This document shows positions 13,234 to 26,300 of a DNA stretch of 64,000 bases, one piece after another. The DNA comes from Phoronis australis (lineage: Eukaryota > Animalia > Phoronida): positions 926,807 to 990,806 of the forward strand of contig NMRA01000017.1 in NCBI GenBank assembly GCA_002633005.1, read 5' to 3'. The notes below the pieces were generated by a model. The model saw only the letters and a program-made list of their open reading frames with translations, was not told where the DNA came from and ran no database searches. How positions within the stretch are numbered: the first letter of the stretch is position 1; each line of letters begins with the position of its first letter. The translations under genes were made by a program, and so were the position numbers.

Positions 13234-15524
13234 GCATATTGGTGGCTGTGACATGAAATAAGATGGAGAATGTTGGACTGAGGAAAGTGGATCTGGCGTC
13301 TTGAAGGTTGCAGTTGTCTGAAGGATGCTTGTTGCTTCGTAGCTCGCATTGACTTTGTTGAGTATAGATCTGTGAAGGCTTGGTTTGTGGGTGGTTACTC
13401 AAAGCTGTTGCAAATGCTGATGGCTCTACCTATTTGGCACATTCCTTCGGCCCACTGAATACACACGTCAGAGGTGTGACAGGCAAACGCCTTTACAAGT
13501 TAGACTTCTTTGAATGAATGGGTGGCTTTCAAGTAGTAACCTGTTGATTGATCACATGCAACCGGATATTCGTGGCCTTTAGAGGACGAGTTTCACTTTT
13601 GTTTGAAATGCGTCAGATGTATTCTTATGTCACTGCAAAGTAGAAGTATCCCCTGGTGGCAATTAGATGAACCGGTCCCTCGTGATCACCCCCCATTGCT
13701 TCCAAAAAGTCTCCCACTGCAGTAGCCTTGTTCCAGCCTCTAGCTTGCAGTTGGATCTCTTGCAAGCCGTAAATGCAGTTCCGACTGCATGGGCTTCCTT
13801 ATTTGCAAAGTCACCTGAGTTGAATAGCCTGATATGTGTCGCATCTTTGATGTGCATTTACGATGAACGAACACCAGCCTAATATACGCGGACAGTGAGA
13901 TTATGAATGGTTGTTGTTACCCAGCCGACATCAACATAGAATTAAAAGTAAAAAGCAATAATTGTTATGATGAGGGAACCAGTCTGTACCCTTGTTGGAA
14001 GGACTGGTCTTCTTTGTTCATTTATTCGGCAACAAATCTATGACCAGTCATGAGACAGAATAGATAGGATCCATTCAGTCTCTGGGCAGGTACTAGACTG
14101 CTATGGAAACAATTATGTTAATGAAGAAGTGTGGTTTTATTTATTGTGATCTGTAATGTTTACATGCTTTGTTTGGATGGCTGTTTTGGTCGTTCAAGTT
14201 GTTAACACTGTTATGTGGACTGAGCAGGGGGACCGGACCTGTGAAATTTTGTTTTGTAAATGGATCAGAACATTCCATGTCGGACCCATGAAATTTAGTG
14301 TTTTTTAAATGTTATAGAACATTCCATGCTGTTTTATTAATGATCAAGTTAACTACATTTATCATGTAGCTGGTCACAGTTGTCTTAGCTGCGCTAAGGG
14401 TGTGTTTTGGTATAATCGTTTTCCTATAAATGTAATCATGTTATAACAAATCATAGTGTGTTACTTTATATGGAGTGTTTGTATGGATTGTTGTTTGGCA
14501 GCCTGATTCAGTGTTTGTATCGTCTGAAATTGTTTTTTTTTTTTCTTAAAGATTGTTTTCTTAATTTTCTAACAGCAGGGTATTTTTCCACTATTTATGT
14601 TTTGTTTTTATTCATGTTGTTGATACTATTTCTTCTTATGAGCCTCTTGGTACTGATAAACACCTTTTTATAAATCTTAATTGTACTGCAGATCCCTGAC
14701 AAAATTGTGCTCAGTTTTGGTTCATTTATTGCAACCAAGACATTGTAAACTCGTTATTCCAAAAGCTATTGTTTGAATAGCCCTGTTTGCTATTAATAGC
14801 TCATTCTTAGTAGGTCTGTCGTTTTGTTGTGACCACATTATCTTGGAAGTTCTCTGTAGAATGTTTCTAAGCATCCAATGTTTCAAATATAAGTTTACAT
14901 TCAGCCAACATCTTTTGTGGACAAAAACTTTTTAACACCTGTACAGGTAAAATGCCCTGAAGTGCATTTGACCAAGTTGATCTCCTGCACAGGCATGTTG
15001 CAGCTTTTTGGTCATACTGTGTTGGTGAGGGATTTAAACCTCCTGGCACTCATAGATCCACCACTCCTCCTTTTACACTTAGAAATTTGACACTTTGGAC
15101 GTCCACAGCAGATTTTCAGGGCAACCCGAGTTCGCCAGGGCAAAATACTGTGAAATCTCACTCTCTATTTGCGAACATGTGAGCATAGAGTACTCACGTA
15201 ATGCTTCTGGTGTTGGATTTTGCCGTGATATCGACTGTCAAAGTGGAAATACTCGCTCCCTTCTGGGGGTTACTCGGTCTGTACAATGTCAACCCCGGGT
15301 GACGTCTGAGAATTGCATAATGGGTAGGTGGTGCCGCCGCGAGTCCAGACCGACGCAATACTTGCGTGGAAAAGTCACCTCGGTACTGTATGATCTTGGT
15401 GAAATTCGGGCATTACAGCCTTTTGTAAAATAGAGAGCCATCGCCATGTCTCGCTTGCTGCAACGTACTGTATTTGCCCGTGTCGCGCGCGGCAAACCGT
15501 TGCAGTGAAGTTCATGATGGCGTT

Positions 15525-15985
15525 ATGATGTCGTTCAGCAACCTTCCCGACGTGAGGGGTTCTGAACGTGCGATAACATGTGGCTCTTTTGTTATCTGCC
15601 CAGCACGGCATAACTGTCCCGTGTGACAACAGCAGGCCAATTATCTCCCAGGTTTCAAAGAGTTACTGAAACCTGGCAGATAGGCCGATTGTCTTAACTT
15701 CTGTTGCAGTTGGGCGATTTTAGTGATTCAAAAACTAAACATGATCAACATTTGACAAGGAATTCAGAAATGCTATTGGTTTATGTTCAAAGATGTTACA
15801 ACTTAATTTTCATTTTTATCGGCCCAGCCCAGTCAGCTAGGCTGTATACGATATCTGACCGGAGATTAGAGCAATTATCGAACAAAAGAGAGCCAGCCCT
15901 CCAAACATAAACGCCAGAAGTCGTGTAAGATATTGGCTACAGGGGTGATCTTCCCAACTTGTTAGGATATAGAATCGAACAAAAG
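15525..15985. repeat. Unclassified dispersed repeat, copy 1 of 3
   Basis: Shares long blocks (GACGTGAGGGG..CTGAA.GTGCGATAACAT, AGCAGGCCAATTATCTCCCAGG, TCAGAAATGCTATTGGTTTA, GGAGATTAGAGCAATTA, GTGTAAGATATTG) with about 52095-52625 and, for the right half, 57727-58012. Confidence 0.85.
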
Positions 15986-17244
15986 ATCATTTTGAAACGG
16001 ACCCAACGACACCCGCAGTGTTACTCTATTAAAATGAACTTTTCTCAAACTGGTATGTAAATCGCTTTTGAAAATCGACTATTTGTTTTTAAGTCCGACA
16101 TAGAACCAGCCAGTTATGCTTTTTCAACATCACCCCGATTTCCTGATTTAGTAACACGAAGCCAGGGCTTGGTGTACCGCCGTGTGTATGCAGCCTCAGT
16201 ACCTCGGACCGGCGCTAATATAGTTTTCAACACAATGACTTGCAGTAAATGCATATAATCGTTAATTCATACGTTCCTTAATGCTTTAATTTTACCTGCG
16301 TCATTGTTGTTGTTTTTCTAGTTGATTTTTTTGAGTTTGCGGCGGCCGGGATTTTGCCTATTTTCGAGGCTACTGACTGGTCTAGAAGCGAACTGCAATT
16401 AATGACATGTCTCACATTAAGTTTGTTGTTTTTGTCATTTTGTTTTGATCGATGTTTTGACGGTAATTGGTACATAATTCTTAGTCCTGCTGCAAGACAA
16501 CACTATGACTAAGGCGTCCGTGATAAAAGTTAATGCCGGCACTCGGAACACTCCGGACCCGGCGGGCCAAACCGTTGAGTATTGAAACAGTTTGTCAATG
16601 ACATTTTGCGTCATTAATGCGGGGCGCGGCCCTGAAATAACTCTGAAATTTCTTTCCGGATTATAATTTTGAGGCCGGCATAACTTCTTGTAGAAGTTTG
16701 CGGCACTGAAATGAACCGCCCGAATGCAATCGGCCACTAAGTACTTTTCCCGAGTGTTTTTAAAAATTTCCATCCTTAATTTTTCCTACTTTTTGTGAAA
16801 TGCCATTCCCACTTTTTCCAACCGCTGTGAAAAGCTGTTGCTGGGAGGCCTGCGCTATGTCCAGGCTGTCGCCTTCATACACCCCGTGCCTCACGCTGGC
16901 GCCGGGCCGCGGCACTGTGCCCGTGCCTCCGGTCAGTGGAGTGGGACGGCGATAACACGCTCTCCGAGGAATTTCCTCAGTCTGTGAGATCTGAAAATCC
17001 ATGGACTTCACACATATAAAGCAAGACGAGATGAACTGGCGTGCGTTGAGTAGACGCTAGGGCCTAGCTAAAACCTAGTCAAATTCACGTGTTCTCATTT
17101 AAAATACACGGCAATATCTCAAGTAATCTCACGAAGTCTTGCTTTTTAGCGAGGTCCTAGCGTTACTGAACGGGAGGCTGATTTGACAAAATACACACAG
17201 ATGGATATACCTGTATGCATCAAGAGCAAACTATCTCATTGCCT

Positions 17245-17300
17245 AACGTGGTACACGTCACTAGCGCCTCTAGCGGACAAGTCATGAGTAATCAAGATGG
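17245..17300 (+). promoter_or_regulatory. Putative PGM3 proximal promoter/5' UTR with ACGT-core bZIP sites and a CTCF-like motif
   Basis: CpG-rich region. ACACGTCA at 17253-17260, CACTAGCGCCTCTAGCGG at 17259-17276, and CAAGATGG over the start codon. Motif matches only. Confidence 0.4.
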
Positions 17301-20300
17301 AAAACCTCTCGAACAAAGCGGTGCAAGATGCTTGTTCTAAGCACCCGAGGACGATAACGAAAGCTGTTCAGTATGGAACAGCTGGTTTCAGATCAAAGTA
17401 AGTGTATAAGTTGCAAGGGATGGGAAACTCCTGTAGTTAATAGTGTACTTTACACATCTGGCAACCACGTATTCCAACTCCGCGCAGGCCCCGCTGCGAG
17501 TCGCTGACGTGGGCTTCCCCGGCCGGTGAAACCAGCCATTTATTCACGTATCAATTGGTCCCCTGTGCATGTGAAGAACAAAATCGATAGATAGAATCAG
17601 GTTGTAGTCATCGCAACAGTAAAATTGATCAGCTCGCCTCACATACAAGGACACTGATTTATTTGGCTGCTATGCTGGCACTGCCTGGCCAGTGTACAGA
17701 CAGTCTGTGAGCCAGCTTCACAGGCTCTGCCGTTTTGCAGCCGTTTAAGTCACTTTCAGAAGTACCCTTTCAAATATTTTCAAAATCCTGAAAAATGTGG
17801 TTTATTGGTCACTTGTGTCACTATCATAGGGACACCTTGAGAAAATACTTTAGCTGGGGGGCAGGGGTGCCTGCCGGGGATCTGCGATAGGATACTAAGT
17901 TAATACATACTACATAGACAACAAGTATCTATGGTTAATACCTGAGTAAGCCTGTGATAAGGCACCTTAATTGTACATTGTCTATAGATTTGTACTGAAG
18001 TTGAATTTCTAGTGAAAAGTTGGGTTAACCTGAAGAAATTCAATCAATAATTTAGGCAAAATAGATGCATTAGTTTTCAGTTCTCTGGTACTGGATGATG
18101 ATATTAGTAACTCTCTGGTAATACTAGTACAAGTAGTCACTTTCAGGGTTCCTATTCTGAGGACCATGAGTTTTCTCAACTGAATAGCATCATAAACAGG
18201 ACTCCTATGAGTAACTATTGCCACTCTTTGCACCATGGTTGGTAATTGTCCTGCGAGTTGTGGTGTCGGACAAAATACTATGAGAACGCTTAAAAATGGA
18301 CTAGATAAGACTGATATCGAAATTTACCGTTGCTGTCATTTGGAGCTGAAACAAAACAAGAGGATTTTTTAATGTAACGTAAGTTGTAATCCTACGGGCT
18401 GCAAGCATACTAGCTCCCAACAGGAATTTTGAGCACTAAGAGCCAGATGACAAGCAGGTATCACTGGCTGCGAAAAAGAGTTTTTTAAGAATCGAAAATG
18501 TGTCATTTAGACATCACAAATTTGTATCCATGGAAGTTTGCATTCTACTCCATTTCACCATCTTTGGAGCTGAACCAGCTGGTCTCAAAGGAGGTCCAGC
18601 TAAATTGGCATTGACTGGTTGTCTTAACATACTGTTTGACATGAAGTCTGAACTAATGTCGTGTGACATTGTTTTATTCAAGTAACTTGATCAAAGTACA
18701 AATATCCAGGAAAGATTTTTAGACATCCATACCAGGTGCTTTATTGGAAGTTTTAGGCTTCTTAATTTTGATTTGAAGCCAAATTGTTTTCAAAATTGTG
18801 AAAATTAAGAATCTTTAGACTTTCAGTATCTCATTATGTTGCAGCTGGACCTCTGAATTAAAAGAAAAAAAGTAATTTTCTGATTTTACCCACTGTACAG
18901 TGTGTCTTTCTCAGTGACCCTTACTAATATGTTACTATGTTGACCCATGACTAATGACCTATAATATGATGAGATTTTGTTGTTTTCTGTTTCAGTGCCA
19001 CTGAGCTAGACTTTGTATTATACCGCATGGGCTTGTTGGCTGTTCTTAGGTCAAAATACAAGAAAGGTAATTGCTGTGGTCACCTGTGTTCAAGCCCAGG
19101 GCGCCTAAATTGGGAATGTAAAAAATAAAGGGTGGGCGCTAAGCCGAACATGGGCGTTATGAAAATTTGGAAGTTTTGTTGGTGAGTTTTAAATCGAATA
19201 TGAATGTTAATCAGGACAATTACAATACGGTTTGGTAAAATGTTACTAGGATGAAAATAATTCCCAAAATTGGTATTTTCTTTCTTCAAAGGCTTTTAAC
19301 GCTGTTCTGAATCACCGCAACTTTTCTGAAGCATGGTAACTATAGCATAGACCTTATAAATAAGTATATCATATATTTTGAAAAATGAAAAAATTAAATT
19401 CCCTTGTTGAAAATATTGTACCCTAAATTGGTGAGATTTTATTGTGCTTTTTTTACTATATATTAGGAGCCTTTGGAAAGCTTTTAAATTGCATTGTGTA
19501 GTATCGTATCATGATGAATAATCAAAAGTGCTTCACAAAAGTTATCATGAAGGTTGGCAATTCATATTATAGTCTGCTATGCTGGCGACAGCTTCATCTT
19601 TGTCAGTCGTCAGCCGGGTTGTGGTCTGCAAGAACATCCTCAGCATCGCCGTCTCTAGTATTATATGGCTTTCATAGTTGACCCTGATTTTCCTCTCAAT
19701 TTTGCCAAGTGTTATAAATTCCTAAGCAAAATCAAAATAAAGAAATGTAAGTTTTAGTAGTGAAACAAAAACTGTATTTGATGTTGATTATGCTACTATT
19801 TCCCTTGCGTGTATTATGAAAATGTTTTGTGTTATGCTCTTTATTTACAACAGCGACCATTGGTGTGATGATCACAGCCTCTCACAACCCTGAGTGTGAT
19901 AATGGGGTCAAACTAGTAGATCCATTTGGAGAAATGTTGGAGTTTGCCTGGGAAAAGCTTGCCACAGACTTAGTCAATGTAAGGTAAGTATTCGGTGACT
20001 ATTGTGATAGGATTTCTATTTTGGTAATTGGCCATTGGTAAAACGGCTATTTTGGTGGTGATTTTTGTACGAAATTTGTGAAGAATTACAAAATGTAAAT
20101 TACGTAGGTGCACTGGTGTGAAATGAAGTTGTCATGGAAACTTTTATTGCTTTGCAGTGTAACTACGATAATTCTCATGTTTTAAGTGCACACAAAAATA
20201 TTTCCCAAAATTGTCATTTTTCCGTTTTTCAAAGGTTATTGCAAATAATGGAAAATTTTCCAAACGTTTTATGACATCTATTCTACACAGAACAAACCAT

Positions 20301-23300
20301 GCCAGGAATAGCCTAAAATTTTCTCAATTTTTGTTTTTGTGGAGAAATTTGACAGAGAATTTCACTTGCTGGCCATACTGTGTGCCAAATAAGTAAAAAA
20401 ATGCCACTTGTTTAGTCTTTGTTATAACTCTGTGCATAGGAGCACACTCTCGTTGTCAAGGGTTTGAACTTTGAGGTAACCAGGTAGAAAAATGTACCAA
20501 CCTACCCATTTATGTTGTCTGGTCACATAAATCCAGACCATTAGTCATCTCTATGGACCTATTTGACCGTGTCGCACTGGAAATTAATTGAGAGCAGACG
20601 TGTGTATTCAATGAACTCTCTGAAATAAAATTTGATAGGAGGAAACCAATATCATATGTTAATAAAATAGGCTGTAAGATTTAAAAAAACGCCCGTCAAT
20701 ACTAAAGGGTTGTGGAATAGTTGAAATGATTGTTATAACTGAAGGTAGATAATATTTGCTTTACAAACTTTTAAAATCTTTAGCAGATTGTTTTGTGATC
20801 TTGCTTTTATTTAATAAACTGAATGTTTTCCCCAAGTGAATGAACAAGTGGGGGTGTAAGAAAATAAATCATTATTTTTATTAATTTGTAAATTTCTCTC
20901 TAACAATTATAGATGATTGTATCCTGCAAGCTATGGTACACGAGATCATATTTTGAATGACCTTTTGCCTCAAAATAATGTTTATATGGGTTTTCACTTA
21001 ATTTCCAATTTGGTCCCTGTACTAGTATAGTACACTCATCATATTTAGTGATTGTAAAAAGTCTTCAGTTTTGGGATGCACTTTAGTGGAGAAGTAAAAT
21101 TTTACTTTCCTGTTAACTTGAAATGTGTGGTGCAGATGTTACAAAAGAAAATTTTTGCATCTATTGCAAAACTTTTAGACAAAGTTTGATTCTCGCAGTA
21201 TTTTTGTGCTCAATTATTTACTCTAACTGTTGTTATAATATAACTGTTGAATTGCATGGGAGAGTTACTTATATTAATTATCAGGGCTCGACACTTAGCG
21301 TAATGTCAACTCGCCAAATACAACCTGGCAAAATTCCCAGGTATCTAAACAAGAAAATGGGTCACTAAACCTCATTTGCGAGAGACTAAAATGAAATAAT
21401 TGAGATACCTGAATTGAAAAGCCAGCGAACTAGCCACATGTCTGCCATTGCATCCGAATAGTGCACACATGTTCGGCTTCTGAGGAAGGCGAACACCATT
21501 GGGTCCATCTAACATTTGCAAAACAATTCCAACTTTCCTCTGATTACTGCCTGTAGTATTTTGGGTGTGTGCTCGAATGTGACATGGCGAATTATGGCAA
21601 CCCGAGATTTTTACCAGGTTGCTAAAGGAAATCTGAGGTCGCCTTAGTTGCAAAATCAAATCCTGCTTTTGACGTTTGAGTCTTTGATATTTCTCGTTTT
21701 TAGTGATGCCGAAGTCGGTCTAGTTCTTCAGTCCATTTGTACCACATGTTCCATTGACTGGACAGTACCTGCCCAGGTGTTTATAGGTAGAGATACCAGG
21801 TGAGAGTTCTGTGCTTCAGTTTCCAGTTGTTCACATTTTTTTCATTTTGCAATGTTATGAATGCATCAAATTCGTCTTTTGATACTCAAGTGAACAAAAT
21901 AATTATTACAGACTGGATTACAGAAGAATTGTTCTAAAAATAGGTTTTTTATTTTTCAAAGGTTGAATGATTACCTTGTTAGTATGTTGAATAATTTAGT
22001 TTGCACCTGGTTATGTTGATGATGCTTGTACTGTACAAATGATGGTACCAATATATGTACATTTTCGAAACGTTCATTTTTGAGGCATTTGTCATGTTAT
22101 GTTTAATCTGTCATGTTATTTCTAAAAAGGCAAAGGATTGTCATCTGGTGTTGTGGAGAGCTCATGACGTTTTTCATAGCACCAAGTTAAGTCTCAATTC
22201 TTTATTGATGATGTCTGAAGCTAGTAGTTAACTGTTTCCTCTCAAGCAACCAGAATGTCTTATTTCTCTGCATCTGTACTTAAAGTCCTGAATAGTATCA
22301 CTTACTTGTAGACCCAGCAGTCCACCCTTGGCCCAAGCTGTGGTGGATGGTATTGCAGCGCTGCAGGGACAGTGCACAGACTATGGTGAGTGACGTTAAC
22401 AGGTCCGGAGTGTGATGACATGGTGTTCATAATTATTTGAATGGATGCTTGGTCCCTGCAAATGTCATTATGATCAGAAATTTAATGGGTTCTCAGTAAT
22501 CCATTATTTAAAGCATTATTTGTGCACAACTGAGAGAGCATACGTTTAATCCCTTGTTCCCAAGCAAGACCCTGGTAATGGTATTTTTTCAACTTTGTTG
22601 TCTAAACAAGACAAAAATTAAAAAGGGCTCAGTTGATAAAATGCAGCTGCCATTGTTAAAATGCATGCATGTAGTTTAAAGAGCTGCCCTTGTTAGGCCC
22701 TGTATTGTCGTGTATCTACTGGCCTGTGAGACCCTGTATCACTTTGTATCCACCCTATATCACCCTGTATCCACCCTTGTCAGACCCTATATCACCTAGC
22801 ATCAACAGTGCACAGTACAAGTATTCAGGCAAAATGACACGAAATTCTGAATCATGATGACTGGGTGGAAGCTGACTTCATTGTTATAGTCTCCCCTGAA
22901 AATGAAGGGAAGTAAGTTGGCCAAGCCATTCTGTAATTAGAATTTTGCCTGAATAATAATTAATACTAATAATTTTTGCTGTGAACGTAATTAATTGTCA
23001 TGACGGGGAAACAATATTTTGTCTGATTACTTTGTCGTGTACTTCACTATACTGCACTGTACTGTATTAGACCCTTCATCACCCTGTATTCACCCTTACT
23101 AGACCAAATATCACCGTGTGTCTGCTTCAGTTAGACCCAATATCTCCTTGTGCCTGCCATTGATGGACCCAATGTCACCTTGTTTCTGCCTTTGTTAGAT
23201 CCAATATCACGCTATATCTGCCTTTGTTAGACCCAATATCACTCTATAGATCCAATATCCACCTTGTATCTGCCTTTGTTTGATCCTATATCCCACCTTG

Positions 23301-26300
23301 TATCTGCCTTTGTTAGGCCTAATATCACCCCCAAAATCTACTTTCCCTGTATTTACTCCATTCTAGGAGTGCTGACCACTCCCCAGCTTCACTATATGGT
23401 ACGTTGTTACAACTCCAATGGTGACTATGGTGTGTCCACTGAACAAGGCTACTATGACAAGCTGTGTGCTGCCTTCTTGAAACTACGAGGCTCTGTAAGT
23501 TAAAAGTGACATCAATCGTTCTTATAAAAATTCTACTGATTCCCGTTTATCTTGAGAGTTAAACATTTTTGCATTTTAATTAGTGTCCCGTTAGCGGGCA
23601 TCTGCTATTCATTGAAGGATGAATAGTGACGTAAATGGACTGGAAAGAGAGAGGAGGACATGTTTTGAGACAATGGGCTATTATATAATGAGGGAGGTTG
23701 TACCTCATCATTAAATTCAATATAATTAATATCTTGTTTGCAACAGAAGTTAACGTTTCTCTCTTTTCTATCTAGCAATTCAGACTTTATGAGCTAGGTT
23801 TCAACCCTGTTGTAAAAAATGTAAATGACATAGCTTGGTCTCCAAGAATGTTTTCCAGGTCCGCCTATGTGTCAGTGGTGACAGGAATGCAGACTTACTT
23901 ACTCAAGATAGATGAATTAGTGGCATGAAATTCAAAATGACATTGGACACCGTGATTGGTTGTTGAGTGCTGATGTCATTCTGAACTTGTTATTCCAGGA
24001 ATACTCCATAGGTGGCTACTCAAACACTATTAAACTGGACGGTGCCAATGGTGTTGGAGCCTACAAGATGGGGCAGATACAGAAACTACTAGGGGGCGCA
24101 TTAAACATACAGCTTGTGAACGATGGCACCTCTGGCAAGTTGAATTATAAGGTTAGACAGTAACGTGCTTAATGAACTTGTGCAAGATGTTTTGAGCAGG
24201 TTGTAATGAAAGATGGATAAAGTGAGGGTATGCTTGCTTTTGGTGGCCCATAGTCTTTGTCATGAGGCTAAGATGAAATACCTTTGACATGGTTTTATGT
24301 TAAAATTTGTAATTATAGTACAGTATGTGTCTCACTTTGACTAAACACTAACACTTTGCAGTAAGTGTTGTTTTCAGTCTGTTATGAGCAAATTTAGTAA
24401 TGAACAGATTTTAAGACTTATTAATAAATCAATAAACATCATTAAAATACAATTCTTGAGAATAACAAATTTGCTTCATTCATAATTTCAATTTGTTGCC
24501 CAGTGCGTCTTCTACAGCTGATTGTGCAGTTATAACTCTGTGCCAACATGTTATTAGTACCTGTTGCTACTTACTAGATTCCCAAGACTGGTGATATGTG
24601 TCTTGAAACATAAAGACCAGTGGATACAATCCTTGTAATATGCACTTGCTTCAAGTTTTAAAGTAATGTTGACACCATGTGAAGCATTGGTTTTGCTTAT
24701 ACTGTGTTACGTGAATTCTCAATAGATGTGTCTAGTCGCTGTTCAGTTGGTAATTAAGTTATAATGAAATACGTGGTTTTGGTCTCTGTTTTTTCTCATA
24801 TCTTACTATGATCTAAAACGTCTCGCATCACGCTACATGCTGTTCTTATTTTGTAATTTTTTTAAAAATTTCAGTGCGGTGCTGATTTTGTCAAAGTGCA
24901 ACAGATGGCGCCTGAAGGTAAGCACAATTAATCGTAATAGTGTCAATACTGACCACAGCTGGCATGTTACTGAGTGGTGTCTTGATTATGAGTGACTCAG
25001 TCTGCACTGTTGTAAATGAGTTTTGCTGGACTCAAACAGGATCCATGCCTGGTCCTTTATACATTGCTAGAATAGAGAGCTGAATGGGTCGTGTAGCTCT
25101 CCCATGGAACTTCAAGGCATTTGGTGGACAGAACAAATTAGAACTTGGGTCGTATTTTGCTATAATTTGAATATTAAGCGCAAATTATAGAGCTTTTGAT
25201 TGCCATAAGTCCTTGTAGTTTCAGTCCAAAATAAAGCTACTGCTCTTGATGTTTATAAAAAATTATTGTGGCATCCTGATAATTATGGAGTTTTAATTAA
25301 CAGTTGATGTGTAATTATTATTAGGCTTCTTGGTGCATTACATAATATACTGTATCATTATGCTTAATATCTTATTGTTTCAGGAGTAGCTGTCTCTCCT
25401 GCTGACCGATGCGCTTCTTTTGATGGGGATGCAGACAGGATCGTGTACTTTTATTCTGATGGCGGTGAGTCTTGTCTGTTAAGTGAGACAATGTCTAGTG
25501 TCCTCCTGTGTCTTAAGGTAATTCGGTATCTTCTGTTACAAAGGATCAAATTTCTTAAAGGGACAGTGTTGTTTCTGCAGTTGAAAACATAATTTTGGTA
25601 TTATTGTTGAATGGGATAGACTTCTGACTGGAAGTTATTAGTTTTGACCAGAGCTGTAAATCCGGTGCATTGTTGTGATTTCTATTACATATCAATGATT
25701 GCCGCCTTTGTCTACCTGACCATGAAAATAAGCACTTAACTGGAATATTTGGTGTGTAGTCTGTTGAAAACTGGTCATTACGTTTTAAGTCGGACTCAGT
25801 AATTTTTCCCTCCAGACGACGTCTTCCGCCTGCTTGATGGTGACAAGATAGCCACGCTGGTCGCTGGCTACTTGGGAGAGTTGGTCGCTCAAAGCGGACT
25901 AGAGCTGAACCTGGGCCTTGTGCAGACAGCTTACGCCAACGGGAGCTCAACAGACTACATTGTCAACAAGCTGGTGAGTGATGCATTGTTAGTAATGATG
26001 ACTTAGTAACTGTTACCGCTGGTCACTGGTCACTTGTGAGAATCTCTCTGAGTGGACTTGGAACTAAATTTGTGCCTTCTAGTCTGTAGTTTGGTGAGTA
26101 TGCTAGCTTGGTAAAAATATTGAATTGTTAAACGTAATAATTTTATACTATCATTTTTAATTAGTTGTTTTTGTGAAATTCAGATTTAATTTTCAACATT
26201 TTGGGTGACTGTTAGTCTTCAACACGATTGTGAAGAAGACCACATTGCATTTTGTATAAATCTTACAGCAGTGTTCATTAGTAAGCTCTTCCACACCAAC

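Noticed and set aside
14458-14673. Hydrophobic 71-aa ORF suggesting a small membrane protein
   Set aside because: It is T-rich sequence downstream of the vinculin-family stop (likely 3' UTR), has a non-ATG start, and its composition is explained by base bias.
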